This document shows, one piece after another, positions 19,775 through 29,048 of a DNA stretch of 64,000 bases. Numbering within the stretch: position 1 is the first letter of the stretch; each line of letters opens with the position of its first letter. The position numbers and the translations under genes are program-made. Origin of the DNA: an uncultured Clostridia bacterium (GTDB lineage: Bacteria; Bacillota; Clostridia; Oscillospirales; Butyricicoccaceae); assembly GCA_944375715.1 (NCBI GenBank), contig CALWAP010000004.1, positions 10,970 to 74,969 of the forward strand, in the 5' to 3' direction. Below the pieces are notes generated by a model that had not been told where the DNA came from, ran no database searches, and worked only from the letters and a program-made list of their open reading frames with translations.

Positions 19775-21010
19775 TCAGAAATCATAATCAGAACCGTTGT
19801 CTTTCTGCTCGTCAAGCTCAAATTCGATATCATAGGTAGCCCCTGAGCGGTAGAAAGAGAGACTGACCGTGTCCCCGGATTTGTACTGATTGCGTATTGC
19901 ACAGACATCAGATATGCTTTTGACTGCGCTGCCATTGAAATGGGTAATTATGTCGCCTGGGGCGAGTCCGGCCTCGGCCACCGATGAGGATGGTGCCACA
20001 GCATCTACCAAAAGCCCTCTTGGCAATCCGTAAAATGCGGCGGCCAGCTGGCTTACCGTCCTTACGGAAACACCCACCAAAGGCCTTCCCGAAACATATC
20101 CGTCAGATATCAGCTGCTCGACAATGGGCCTTACCGTATTTATCGGTATGGCAAAACCAAGTCCCTCATATCCGTCAGCGGTGATTTTTGCTGAGGTTAC
20201 GCCTATAACCCTGCCATATTTGTCCAGAAGGGGGCCGCCGGAGTTGCCCGGATTGATGGAGGCGTCGGTCTGTATCAGGCTCATTACGTTGTTGTCCACC
20301 GTGATCTTGCGGTCGGTGGCCGATATTATGCCCGCCGTTACCGTCCCCTGCAGGTCGAGCCCGCCGGGGTTTCCTATGGCAATGGCCGGCTCTCCTGCTT
20401 TTATTTCGGATGAATCGCCAAAAGAGGCAGGAGTAAGGTCCTTTGTCTCTACTTTTAAAACTGCAATGTCGGTTAGCTCGTCATAACCGATAAGGTATGC
20501 CGGAAAGTTGGAACCGTCAAACAGAACAACGGTAATGTTGTCGCCATCGGAGATAACATGATTGTTGGTTACAATATAGCCGTCCTCACTTATTATTATT
20601 CCAGAGCCGGTATTGCCTGTTGAAAAGTTGGAGTAACTTTCAGCCATAATGCCCACCACAGACTTGCTGGCGCTCTCAACAACAGCGCTTACATCATAGG
20701 TCAGGATGAGTGCGTCGGACTCGCCCTTGGCTTCGGTTACGGGAAGGATAAAAGAACTTTCATCGCCTGAGGGATCATCGGTCTCGCCCTGCTGTCCCGG
20801 GTCGTTTTGAGAAGAAAGACGGCCCCTTAGGCCAAAGGCCACAGCCAGCACGATCAATGCCAGCGCGGCAATTACTGCCATGCCCCTTTTGCAGTTGGTT
20901 GCTCTTTTCCTTGCAGCCAATATTTCATCATAGCTTTTAAAAGGGAAAACATCGGAATATTGTGAATAGCTGCTGCTTTCTGAAAATTTATCTTTTTTGC
21001 CAAATCCCAA
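19775..21010 (-). CDS. htrA: HtrA/DegP-family serine protease with PDZ domain
   Basis: TM anchor; catalytic contexts VTNNHV, DIAVLKV and GNSGGPL; C-terminal PDZ. TTG start whose GAGGTG RBS overlaps the kinase stop. Confidence 0.88.
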   Translation of the reverse strand: MGFGKKDKFSESSSYSQYSDVFPFKSYDEILAARKRATNCKRGMAVIAALALIVLAVAFGLRGRLSSQNDPGQQGETDDPSGDESSFILPVTEAKGESDALILTYDVSAVVESASKSVVGIMAESYSNFSTGNTGSGIIISEDGYIVTNNHVISDGDNITVVLFDGSNFPAYLIGYDELTDIAVLKVETKDLTPASFGDSSEIKAGEPAIAIGNPGGLDLQGTVTAGIISATDRKITVDNNVMSLIQTDASINPGNSGGPLLDKYGRVIGVTSAKITADGYEGLGFAIPINTVRPIVEQLISDGYVSGRPLVGVSVRTVSQLAAAFYGLPRGLLVDAVAPSSSVAEAGLAPGDIITHFNGSAVKSISDVCAIRNQYKSGDTVSLSFYRSGATYDIEFELDEQKDNGSDYDF

Positions 21011-21021
21011 GTCTTTTCACC

Positions 21022-22452
21022 TCAGCTTATGGGAATGTTGAAATAAAACTCTGTTTTGCCGTCGCCACTTTTGGCGTAGACGTCGCCGCCATGTCGGCCG
21101 ATTATGGTTTTTACGATATAAAGTCCAAGGCCGGAGCCGTTGGGATTGGAGCCCCTGGAACGGTCACTTTTGTAAAAACGCTCAAAAATATACTTGAGGC
21201 TTTCAGAGTCGATCTCGCTTCCCGTATTCTGTATGTGGAAATTAAGCCTGCCGTTTTTCTCGGCAAGGTAGATCTTAATCGATCCGCCTTGATCGACAAA
21301 CTTGAGTGCATTGTCAAACAGGTTGTATATCACCTGGAAAAGCCCGTCGTGGTTGGCTTTTATGTTAAGGGTTTCGGGGATATCCAGGTCAAGATCTATC
21401 TTCTTTTCGTTGATTTTTTGCTCAAAACCAAAGACTATTCGGCATACCATTTCACATACGTCAAAATTGGTCTTTACCAGCTCGTCACCCGACTCCAGCT
21501 TGGAAACGGTCAGCATTCCGTTTGCCAGGCGGGAAAGACGCTTTATTTCTGAAGAAACTATCTTTAGATAATGTTCCTGTTTCTCATAAGGTATCGTGCC
21601 GTCAAGCATTCCATCAACAAAACCACCAATAGTTGTCATGGGGGTCCTCAGATCATGGGACACATTGGCGATAAGGTCCCTTCTCATGGTCTCATTGTTG
21701 GAGATGGATTCGGCCATGTTGTTGAAGCTGGCCGCCATTTCAAATATTTCATCGTGATGGCTGGGAAGCGGTATCCTGGCTGAATAATCTCCTCTTGCAA
21801 ACTGTTTTGCGGCTGAGGCTATCTGCTTTAAAGGCCGCACTGAGGACCAAGTGACAAAATATGTTGCGATGAGGGTCATTATCAGTACGCATACCGTCAT
21901 GAAAAAAAAGGTCGACATTATATTTACGAAAAATACCAGCGTAGTGTCGGAAGGTACGGCGACAAAAACAAGAATTTCGGGAACGCCATCGTCGCCGGAT
22001 ATCGCCGGAGCTCCTAAAACGAAGCTGGAAGAAGAAAGGTAACCATTAAAATCCGATATCTCGTAATAACTGCCCTTTTCAAGAACATCGCTGACTGCCT
22101 TTTGTGGCACATACCCGCCCTGCTGCGAGTAACATCCCTCGGTAGTAGCCACAAGCAGCATCTGGCCGACAGAGTCGGTGACGAAAATAGTCCCGTCAGA
22201 ATCGGAGGCCAGCTGGGTCATTGAGGTGCGGTATACCCGGGCTGCCGGCGCCATTTCCTCAAGAGAAACGCTTGTGGCCAGAAAGGAAACGGTGCTTTCT
22301 GCCGCCTTTTCAGTGGTGTCTGACAGTGTATTCATTTTTTCCTGAAGGGCAAAACTGTTTATACGATAAGAAAATATTCCGCCCAGAGCGCTGAAACTGA
22401 CGCATATTACAAGGGCATATATTATGAAGTTTCGAAAAAAAAGTCCCCTCAT
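21022..22452 (-). CDS. sensor histidine kinase (2 TM, HAMP, HisKA, HATPase)
   Basis: H-box VSHDLRTPMT, N-box DNALKF and G-box GSGLGLYIV. ATG at 22452 with a GGGGGA RBS. Confidence 0.88.
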   Translation of the reverse strand: MRGLFFRNFIIYALVICVSFSALGGIFSYRINSFALQEKMNTLSDTTEKAAESTVSFLATSVSLEEMAPAARVYRTSMTQLASDSDGTIFVTDSVGQMLLVATTEGCYSQQGGYVPQKAVSDVLEKGSYYEISDFNGYLSSSSFVLGAPAISGDDGVPEILVFVAVPSDTTLVFFVNIMSTFFFMTVCVLIMTLIATYFVTWSSVRPLKQIASAAKQFARGDYSARIPLPSHHDEIFEMAASFNNMAESISNNETMRRDLIANVSHDLRTPMTTIGGFVDGMLDGTIPYEKQEHYLKIVSSEIKRLSRLANGMLTVSKLESGDELVKTNFDVCEMVCRIVFGFEQKINEKKIDLDLDIPETLNIKANHDGLFQVIYNLFDNALKFVDQGGSIKIYLAEKNGRLNFHIQNTGSEIDSESLKYIFERFYKSDRSRGSNPNGSGLGLYIVKTIIGRHGGDVYAKSGDGKTEFYFNIPIS

Positions 22453-22490
22453 TAGCAAATCCCCCAAAAATACCGAATGAGGCGGGGGCC

Positions 22491-23177
22491 TTATTTGTTT
22501 TCGTTGAGCTCAAACTTATACCCTACGCCCCAGACCGTCTTTATTTCCCATTCGGGAGAGACATCCTGCAGCTTTTCCCTGAGCCTTTTTACATGTACGT
22601 CGACCGTCCTCGTGTCGCCGAAATAATCAAACCCCCATACATCGTCCAAAAGCTGTGCCCTGGTAAATACCCTGTTGGGAGAGGAAGCCAGGAAATAAAG
22701 CAGCTCTATTTCTTTGGGAGGGATCTCCATTTTTTTACCTTTTACCGTTATGTTATATGATTCCTTGTCGATGATAAGGTTGTCAAATTCCAGCTTTTTT
22801 GGCGCTTCGTCGTCGCTGTAACGCCTCAATACGGCCTTGATCCTGGCGATGAGTTCCCGCGTTTCAAAGGGCTTTGTCACATAATCGTCGGCTCCCAGCT
22901 CCAGACCGGCTACTTTGTCAAAAGTCTCGCCCTTGGCAGTCAGCATGATGACGGGGGTTTTTGATATCTCTCTTATCTCCTTCATAACCTGGGTGCCGTC
23001 CATGACGGGCATCATGAGGTCCAGAAGCACAAGATCAGGATGTATGCGTTTAAAAGCGCGAAGCCCCTCAAGTCCGTCCTGGGCTGTTTCTATCTTATAA
23101 CCTTCCCGCTCAAGATAAAGTCTTAAAAGCTCTCTGATATTGCCATCGTCCTCAATAATGAGAATGGTTTTCTGCAT
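22491..23177 (-). CDS. OmpR-family response regulator
   Basis: Receiver domain (ILIIEDD, LVLLDLMMP) and winged helix (VWGVGYKF). True start is MQKTILII at 23177; the 427-aa ORF in the track is an upstream over-extension. Confidence 0.9.
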   Translation of the reverse strand: MQKTILIIEDDGNIRELLRLYLEREGYKIETAQDGLEGLRAFKRIHPDLVLLDLMMPVMDGTQVMKEIREISKTPVIMLTAKGETFDKVAGLELGADDYVTKPFETRELIARIKAVLRRYSDDEAPKKLEFDNLIIDKESYNITVKGKKMEIPPKEIELLYFLASSPNRVFTRAQLLDDVWGFDYFGDTRTVDVHVKRLREKLQDVSPEWEIKTVWGVGYKFELNENK

Positions 23178-23351
23178 AAATAGCACCTCTTTAAAAAAAG
23201 ACAGAACGCCTGGGGTTTCGCCAACGATCAAAATGCGCTGGGAAGATACCGCTGCTCTGCCCGATATTTCTGTCTCTATTATAGTTTCAATCGTTTTTTT
23301 TTGCATTAATAATCTGTAAATATTCTTTTTTCGCCCCGTAAATGAAATAAG

Positions 23352-23369
23352 GCCCGCCTTTAGGCGGGC
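23352..23369 (-). terminator. hairpin terminator after the tspO remnant
   Basis: GCCCGCC-ttta-GGCGGGC, followed on the minus strand by CTTATTTCATTT. Confidence 0.55.
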
Positions 23370-23383
23370 AGCAGCCGCTGTTT

Positions 23384-23860
23384 TCAGTTGAGAAAAGCTA
23401 TTGCGCAGTTTAAAGCAATGGCAAAAAGGCTCCATACAAGATACGGTACCTGAAGCCACGCGGCCTTTTTGCTGGAAAGAGAGAAGGAAATAATCATGAT
23501 TATGACAAGGCATATGAGAAGAAACAGCCATAGTGCCGAAAAAAAGTACATGCCTTTGGCAAAAAAGAAATGAGGCCACAGAAAATTGACAGCCAGCTGG
23601 CAGAAAAATACAGCGCAGGAGGTTTTCCTGAAAGGCGTTTTGCCCCTCCATACATCTCCCATACCCAGCCCCATGAGTATATATATGATGGTCCAGATTA
23701 TCGGGAACAAAACTCCGCAGGGGCAAAGGGCGGCTTTTCCAGGGATTTGTAGGCGGCAATGCCCTGCGATACAAAAAGGGATGACACGGCGCCTGCGGAA
23801 AGGGCTATCTATGGCTGTAAAAACAATATCAGGCAGATATTTTTTGATCTTAATAAGAGA
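23384..23860 (-). pseudogene. tspO: TspO/MBR-family (tryptophan-rich sensory protein) gene disrupted by at least 2 frameshifts
   Basis: The C-terminal 108 codons (FPIIWTIIYILMG...LQVPYLVWSLFAIALNCAIAFLN) are in one frame. The preceding ALSAGAVSSLFVSQGIAAYKSLEKPPFAPAEF is in another frame and ends at TAA 23698..23700. KIKKYLPDIVFTAI is back in the first frame. No canonical in-frame start. Confidence 0.7.
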
Positions 23861-24028
23861 TCACCGCTTAATATTATGCCTCTTTTTGCTCTTATTATGA
23901 CTCTGATTTCTGCATTGTAAAATGTAAAACAAAAGCTTTAACATTGTATTATGAAATGAAAACAGGATAATGTTATTTTCAAATTGGTTGGTTTCGGCTA
24001 ACTTTAAAACAACGTCAGGAGGCGCGTT

Positions 24029-24136
24029 ATGAAAAAGACAGTTATAGGAGGTTTCCTGGTTTTGTACAGGATGATCGGAAGTGCCGCCGGGTTTGCGCCC
24101 GCAGATGCGTTGAACCCCCACCGGGAAGATTTATAG
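24029..24136 (+). CDS. possible 35-aa small ORF (MKKTVIGGFLVLYRMIGSAAGFAPADALNPHREDL)
   Basis: AGGAGG RBS 7 nt upstream of the ATG and a hydrophobic N-terminal half. No recognisable family. Confidence 0.25.
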   Translation: MKKTVIGGFLVLYRMIGSAAGFAPADALNPHREDL

Positions 24137-24267
24137 TCACACTTTTGCAAACCTGGACGGCTGAGTTTTTGCATTTTCCGTTTGCGTGTTTATGGTGGGA
24201 GTGGGAATTTTGGCGGTGGAGTACATCAGGGAAACGGTGCGCAGTCCGGGGAAAGAAGAGAGAAATA

Positions 24268-24296
24268 TTGTGGACAGGCGGGATTTCTGATATAAT
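24268..24296 (+). promoter_or_regulatory. sigma-A-type promoter candidate for ychF
   Basis: TTGTGG, 17 nt, TATAAT, with TGa (extended -10). About 105 nt upstream of the ychF ATG. Confidence 0.55.
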
Positions 24297-24402
24297 ACCT
24301 TAAGAAGCCCGGAAGATTACTGACACAGGTCAGAGCGCCGGGTACAATAATAATGAAAGGCGGAATGTCCCGGTTCATCGGGCCTTCCGAACAGGTATAT
24401 TT

Positions 24403-25494
24403 ATGAAACTCGGTATCGTCGGCCTGCCCAATGTGGGCAAAAGCACCCTTTTCAACGCCTTGACCGATCTTAACGCGCAGTCGGCCAATTATCCCTTCTG
24501 TACGATAGACCCCAATGTCGGCATAGTTCCCGTTCCTGATAAAAGGCTGGATGAGCTGGCCAAAATATATAACCCCAAAAAGATAACCCCGGCCATAATC
24601 GAGTTTGTCGATATAGCCGGGCTTGTCAAGGGAGCGTCCAAGGGCGAAGGCCTTGGCAATAAGTTCCTTTCCCATATACGCCAGGTGGACGCCATAGTCC
24701 ATGTCGTAAGGTGTTTTGAGGACGATAATATCATCCATGTTGACGGTTCAGTCGACCCTAAAAGAGACATCGAAACAATAAATTACGAGCTTATCATGTC
24801 CGATATAGAGATGCTCGAAAGAAGAATTGATAAAAGCGAGAAGCTGGCCAAGGGCGACAAGAAATATCTTGCCGAGGTAAACCTGCTTAAATCTTTAAAG
24901 GACCATTTGGAAAAGGGCTTTACGGCGAAGACTTTCGAGTGTTCTGACGAGGAAAGGGAGATAATTGCCCAGGTAGACCTTCTGACAGATAAGCCGGTCA
25001 TATACGCCGCCAATATGAGCGACGGGCAGCTTGCTGACTATGAAAACGATGAAGGTTATAAAAAGGTGAAGGAGATTGCCGAGCAGGAGGGCAGCGATGT
25101 TCTGCCTGTATGCGCTGCCATGGAAAGCGAGCTGGCCGGCATGAGCAGGGAAGAAAAGGCCGAATTTTTAAGTGAGTTGGGTTTTGAAAGTTCCGGCCTT
25201 GACAGGCTGATAACCCTTTCATATGCCCGCCTGGGCCTTATTTCCTACCTGACTGCCGGTGAGCCGGAGGTCAGGGCATGGACCATAACCAAAGGCACCA
25301 AGGCACCCGGGGCGGCAGGTAAGATACACAGCGACTTTGAAAGGGGTTTTATCAGGGCTGAGGTTGTGCCTTATGAAAAGCTTATTGAATGCGGCAGTTT
25401 TGCTCTGGCCAAGGAAAAGGGCCTTGTCAGAAGCGAGGGAAAGGATTATGTCATGCAGGATGGCGATGTCGTTTTGTTCCGCTTTAATGTGTAA
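24403..25494 (+). CDS. ychF: redox-regulated ATPase YchF
   Basis: [10 protein letters not shown]-loop and YchF-specific C-terminus (...[16 protein letters not shown]). Confidence 0.93.
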   Translation: MKLGIVGLPNVGKSTLFNALTDLNAQSANYPFCTIDPNVGIVPVPDKRLDELAKIYNPKKITPAIIEFVDIAGLVKGASKGEGLGNKFLSHIRQVDAIVHVVRCFEDDNIIHVDGSVDPKRDIETINYELIMSDIEMLERRIDKSEKLAKGDKKYLAEVNLLKSLKDHLEKGFTAKTFECSDEEREIIAQVDLLTDKPVIYAANMSDGQLADYENDEGYKKVKEIAEQEGSDVLPVCAAMESELAGMSREEKAEFLSELGFESSGLDRLITLSYARLGLISYLTAGEPEVRAWTITKGTKAPGAAGKIHSDFERGFIRAEVVPYEKLIECGSFALAKEKGLVRSEGKDYVMQDGDVVLFRFNV

Positions 25495-25505
25495 ATCAGT
25501 TTGTC

Positions 25506-25538
25506 AAAAAGCGCCCGCTTGAAAACGGGCGCTTTTTT
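25506..25538. terminator. bidirectional terminator
   Basis: A5-GCGCCCG-cttgaaaa-CGGGCGC-T6. Confidence 0.8.
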
Positions 25539-26767
25539 CATCTCCTTTTCTTTGACGAAGTAATGTAAAGGGGTATTGCGGCAAGCTGGGCTGCGGCCGA
25601 TACTGCTGCCATTGCAGGTATGCTTATGTCATAAAGCACTCCCATGAGCCAGCTTCCCAAAAACCAAAATATCCCGAAAGCACATTCAAAAACGCCGTAA
25701 CCCGTGGCTCTGGAGGCTTTGGGCACCATGGTAGTGACGGCGGCTTTCAGTATCGACTCCTGGGCGCCCATGCCGACGCCCCACAGGGCTATTCCCCAAA
25801 GCAGCGTGGGCAGAGTTCCGGCCATGAATACAAAGAAGGCGAAGGGTGCAGAGATAAGGGTTGAAAACACCAGGGCTTTTATGCCTTTTTTGTCATACAT
25901 AAAGCCGAAAACCAGCGCCGATACGGCATCTACCAGCATGGCGCCGGCGTAAATCAGAGGCAGGCTTCCGCTGTTTATCAGCTCAGATGTTTCCATCAGC
26001 CCGCCGGATATCCCGCTTGAAAAAGTACGCGAAACATGCATAATTATCAGCGAGTAATCGATAAAGCCAAAGGCGAAAAGGCTTATTCCGGCGATATACA
26101 GGACAAACTCCTTTTTCATTTTAAAGGGCACATATTCTTTGGGTGACGGTTCAAACTGTTCGGGGTTGGGGAAACAGTGCTTTGTGACAAATAAAAGGAT
26201 AATTGTTATGCCTCCCGGTATCGTCAGAAAGGCAAAGCATTGGGAATAAAGTTCAAACTCACTGCCGTCCTTTTTAAACAGCATGACAAGGTATAAAAGC
26301 ACGGGCCCCAGAAAAGCCCCTGTCTGGTCCAGCACCTCCTGGATCCCGAAACTTTTACCGGCCCCTTCCTGGGATGCGGCAAAGGACATTATGGTGTCCT
26401 TTGCCGGCTTTTTGATGGCCTTGCCCATACGCTGCACCACCAGCAGGGAACATGCCAAAAACCATCCGTTCTCGCCGACAAGAGCCAGGGCCGGTACGGC
26501 CAGCACATCGAGAATATACCCGAACACGGTCATGGGCCAATATTTCTGAAATCTGTCGGTCAGCTTGCCGAAAATATATCTCATTGAATATCCTATCATT
26601 TCGCCCAGGCCCGATACAAACCCTATCGTCCCGGCCGACGCGCCCAAAAGGGAAAGGTAGGCGCCCCTTATGCTGGAGGCGCCTTCATGGGTCATGTCGG
26701 AAAAAAGGCTGACAATGCCGAAAAGCACTATAAAGGCCATGGCGCTGGAAAGCCGTTTATTCTTCAT
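25538..26767 (-). CDS. MFS transporter
   Basis: About 12 predicted TM helices; 11-nt overlap with the upstream marR-like gene. Confidence 0.75.
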   Translation of the reverse strand: MKNKRLSSAMAFIVLFGIVSLFSDMTHEGASSIRGAYLSLLGASAGTIGFVSGLGEMIGYSMRYIFGKLTDRFQKYWPMTVFGYILDVLAVPALALVGENGWFLACSLLVVQRMGKAIKKPAKDTIMSFAASQEGAGKSFGIQEVLDQTGAFLGPVLLYLVMLFKKDGSEFELYSQCFAFLTIPGGITIILLFVTKHCFPNPEQFEPSPKEYVPFKMKKEFVLYIAGISLFAFGFIDYSLIIMHVSRTFSSGISGGLMETSELINSGSLPLIYAGAMLVDAVSALVFGFMYDKKGIKALVFSTLISAPFAFFVFMAGTLPTLLWGIALWGVGMGAQESILKAAVTTMVPKASRATGYGVFECAFGIFWFLGSWLMGVLYDISIPAMAAVSAAAQLAAIPLYITSSKKRR

Positions 26768-27233
26768 TTTCTACGCCTTCTTCCACAATGGCGGAAATAC
26801 GGGGGAAGCTTGCCTTGCTTTCTTCCCTGCATTTTTGATATAAGATTCCCAAAAGGCGGGCGAACTCCTGTTTTTCCCTTTCGGACAGGCTTTCTGTCAG
26901 CCATTCGTAAAAGGAGGCCTCGATATGTGCCTTGGAATTTTTGAGTTTTTCGGCTTTGCCTGTCGGGAAAAGCAGCCTGCTCCGCCCGTCGTCAGGGTTT
27001 TCCTTTCGCTCTATATAGCCCTTTGCCTCCAGGCTCGCGCATTGCTTGGCAACCGCGCCCTTATCGGTCCCCAAAACAGCGCAGGCTTTTGCTTGGGTAA
27101 TGCCGGGGTGTTTTCTTATTGTGTGGATGAGGTCAAGCTCGGAAGAGCCTATACCATCCGATTTAAGGGTCCTTACGGTAAATCTGTTTACCTCACGGGC
27201 TATTTTGGTAATTTGCCTTTGGGTGATGTCCAT
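26757..27233 (-). CDS. MarR-family transcriptional regulator
   Basis: Winged-HTH segment (GITQAKACAVLGTDKGAVAKQCASLEAKGYIERKENPDDGR). AGGAGG RBS. Confidence 0.85.
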   Translation of the reverse strand: MDITQRQITKIAREVNRFTVRTLKSDGIGSSELDLIHTIRKHPGITQAKACAVLGTDKGAVAKQCASLEAKGYIERKENPDDGRSRLLFPTGKAEKLKNSKAHIEASFYEWLTESLSEREKQEFARLLGILYQKCREESKASFPRISAIVEEGVENEE

Positions 27234-27250
27234 ATCAAAGCCTCCTAAAA

Positions 27251-27301
27251 AGTTGTACTGTCAACGATTTTGATGATAGTACAACTAAATGCCGCTGTCA
27301 A
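27251..27301 (-). promoter_or_regulatory. marR promoter with overlapping 9-bp inverted-repeat operator
   Basis: On the minus strand: TTGACA (27296..27301), 17 nt, TATCAT (27273..27278). A perfect inverted repeat AGTTGTACT / AGTACAACT (27251..27259 and 27278..27286) has one arm in the spacer (touching the -10) and the other downstream of the -10. Confidence 0.6.
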
Positions 27302-27446
27302 TATAAATCTGGATTTTTTATGCCGTAACGCCGGTATTCCCTAAAGCCGCGGTACACTGTCGGAAAGATTGCGTTTAGCAATGATGGATGTTATAATTGG
27401 AATACACCGTTGGAAAATATCGGTCAAAGCGGGGGGGAGAAGCGCT

Positions 27447-27824
27447 ATGAAAACAATCGCCTATGAAGAAAAGTTCGGAGAGATTGAGTTTCCCGAGGGC
27501 TTTGAGGAAAAATTCAGGGGTAAAAGCATTGAGGAACAGATGAAATATTACCGAATAAGCACCTCATCGACCTTTTCCCGCACCTCCTACGGTGAGGTCG
27601 ACAGTCAGAAGGTATTTGAGAATACCAAGTCCCTCGATGAGGACAAGCACTGCAAAGGTCTTGTTGTAAAGGATGGCCTTTTGGTAGGTGTGCTGATAAA
27701 AGAGTGGTGGGGAAGCGAATGTGTGTGCCTGCCTTACCATAGGATATGTGTCTATTACGCAAGCGACAACGAAAGCAGCGGCACCAAGGACTGTGGGGAT
27801 TACGCCAGCCTTATCTGCGTTTAA
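27447..27824 (+). CDS. hypothetical protein (125 aa, Cys-containing C-terminal half)
   Basis: ORF with a GGGGGGAGA RBS before the ATG at 27447. No recognisable family. Confidence 0.5.
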   Translation: MKTIAYEEKFGEIEFPEGFEEKFRGKSIEEQMKYYRISTSSTFSRTSYGEVDSQKVFENTKSLDEDKHCKGLVVKDGLLVGVLIKEWWGSECVCLPYHRICVYYASDNESSGTKDCGDYASLICV

Positions 27825-27836
27825 AAGTATAAAATG

Positions 27837-27870
27837 AAAAAGACAGGCTTTTATGAGCCTGTCTTTTTTT
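27837..27870. terminator. bidirectional terminator
   Basis: AAAA-AGACAGGCT-tttatg-AGCCTGTCT-T7. Confidence 0.8.
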
Positions 27871-27890
27871 GGTTGATATAAAAAGCCTTG

Positions 27891-29048
27891 CTATCTCAGC
27901 ATAGAGCTGTTGTTTACCACCCTGGCGCTGTATATAAACAGCACATCGGCACCTGTGGAGTCGACATATTGGGGCAGAAGGTCGCTTACCATGTACCTTA
28001 TATCCACAAGGGTTATCTCACTGTATCCCGAAAGAAGCAAAGGGGCCAGGGAGCTGCCGAAAGAGTCACGGAAAATAACCAGCCTTTTGCCGGTTGTCAC
28101 AAGCGGGTTTGTTATGGTTACCAGGGGAGTCGGGCCCCCAACAAAAATGTCGTAGGGGCTGTAGGTGTTAAGCAGGCTTTCGTCATAGACGAGGGTGCTT
28201 TCGGGCCTTTGGAAATTGTCACAGCTTGAGCCGGAGGTGTATGAGCTGACAAGCCAGGTTATTTTTTCCGAAGAGCCGGAATATTTGCCATAATCGCCGG
28301 AAAAACCGTCTTTCGATTTTTCGGTAAACTCACCTTTGGAGACCGAGTAGCCAAGCTTTGAGGCAATGGCATTGGCAACAGGCACAATTCTTTCCTGCCG
28401 CCAATGTCCGTCGGTCAGAAGGTAATCGTCTAAAGACAGAAGATTGCCTATTTCGATGTAGTTCCAATCGGAAAGCAAGGGCGTCAGCTTTGATATCATT
28501 TCATTGTGATCCAGCCTTGCCTTTACCGTGTCGGGAGCAAAATTGCTCTTGTCGGGAATAACCGAATACCAGACGGATGACGCGCCGGAAAGGTATTTGC
28601 CCTTAAGCTCGTTCAGTTTTTTGGCAAAGCTTTCGACAGAGCTTTGACTTAACTCGCCTGGGTCCTCGATCCAGGTTTCCCCGACCTGCATCATGCCGTT
28701 TTCATCGGGGGTTACTTCCGGCGGCGTTTGGCTTTCGTTTTGACCCTGACCGTTCTCTTCAGGGGGAAGGGGTTTACTTTGACCTGTATCCCCCGCTCCG
28801 TTTTCGGGGTCTGAAGGCTCGGAAGAAGCGTCTTCATCTCCTCCGGCGTCCTGCGGAGGGGAGCCTGCTTCAGTTTCCTCTTCGTCCTGTGCATCATCCG
28901 GGCTCTCGGGTTGTAAATCATCATTGTTCTGTTCCTCCTGCTGATCGTCAACCTTGTTATCGGAAAGTATCCTGGGCAGGAACACGGCTGCCAGGATAAG
29001 GACAACGGCCACTGCAGCCAAAACAGCTATTTTTTTCTGACGGGTCAT
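27891..29048 (-). CDS. DHHW-family protein (AlgX/AlgJ-like SGNH-fold, putative glycan O-acyltransferase partner)
   Basis: TM anchor and a long D/E/Q-rich linker, then a domain with LLTDGHWRQE (DHHW-type motif, variant DGHW). The start is directly adjacent to the upstream stop. Confidence 0.55.
   Translation of the reverse strand: MTRQKKIAVLAAVAVVLILAAVFLPRILSDNKVDDQQEEQNNDDLQPESPDDAQDEEETEAGSPPQDAGGDEDASSEPSDPENGAGDTGQSKPLPPEENGQGQNESQTPPEVTPDENGMMQVGETWIEDPGELSQSSVESFAKKLNELKGKYLSGASSVWYSVIPDKSNFAPDTVKARLDHNEMISKLTPLLSDWNYIEIGNLLSLDDYLLTDGHWRQERIVPVANAIASKLGYSVSKGEFTEKSKDGFSGDYGKYSGSSEKITWLVSSYTSGSSCDNFQRPESTLVYDESLLNTYSPYDIFVGGPTPLVTITNPLVTTGKRLVIFRDSFGSSLAPLLLSGYSEITLVDIRYMVSDLLPQYVDSTGADVLFIYSARVVNNSSMLR

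Noticed and set aside
22491-23774. 427-aa version of the response-regulator ORF.
   Set aside because: The N-terminal ~200 codons cross a terminator hairpin and the tspO remnant in a different frame and have no homology. The receiver domain starts at MQKTILII (23177).
24192-24290. Second small ORF (32 codons, MVGVGILAVEYIRE...) in the gap upstream of ychF.
   Set aside because: It has no RBS, and it overlaps the best ychF promoter candidate.
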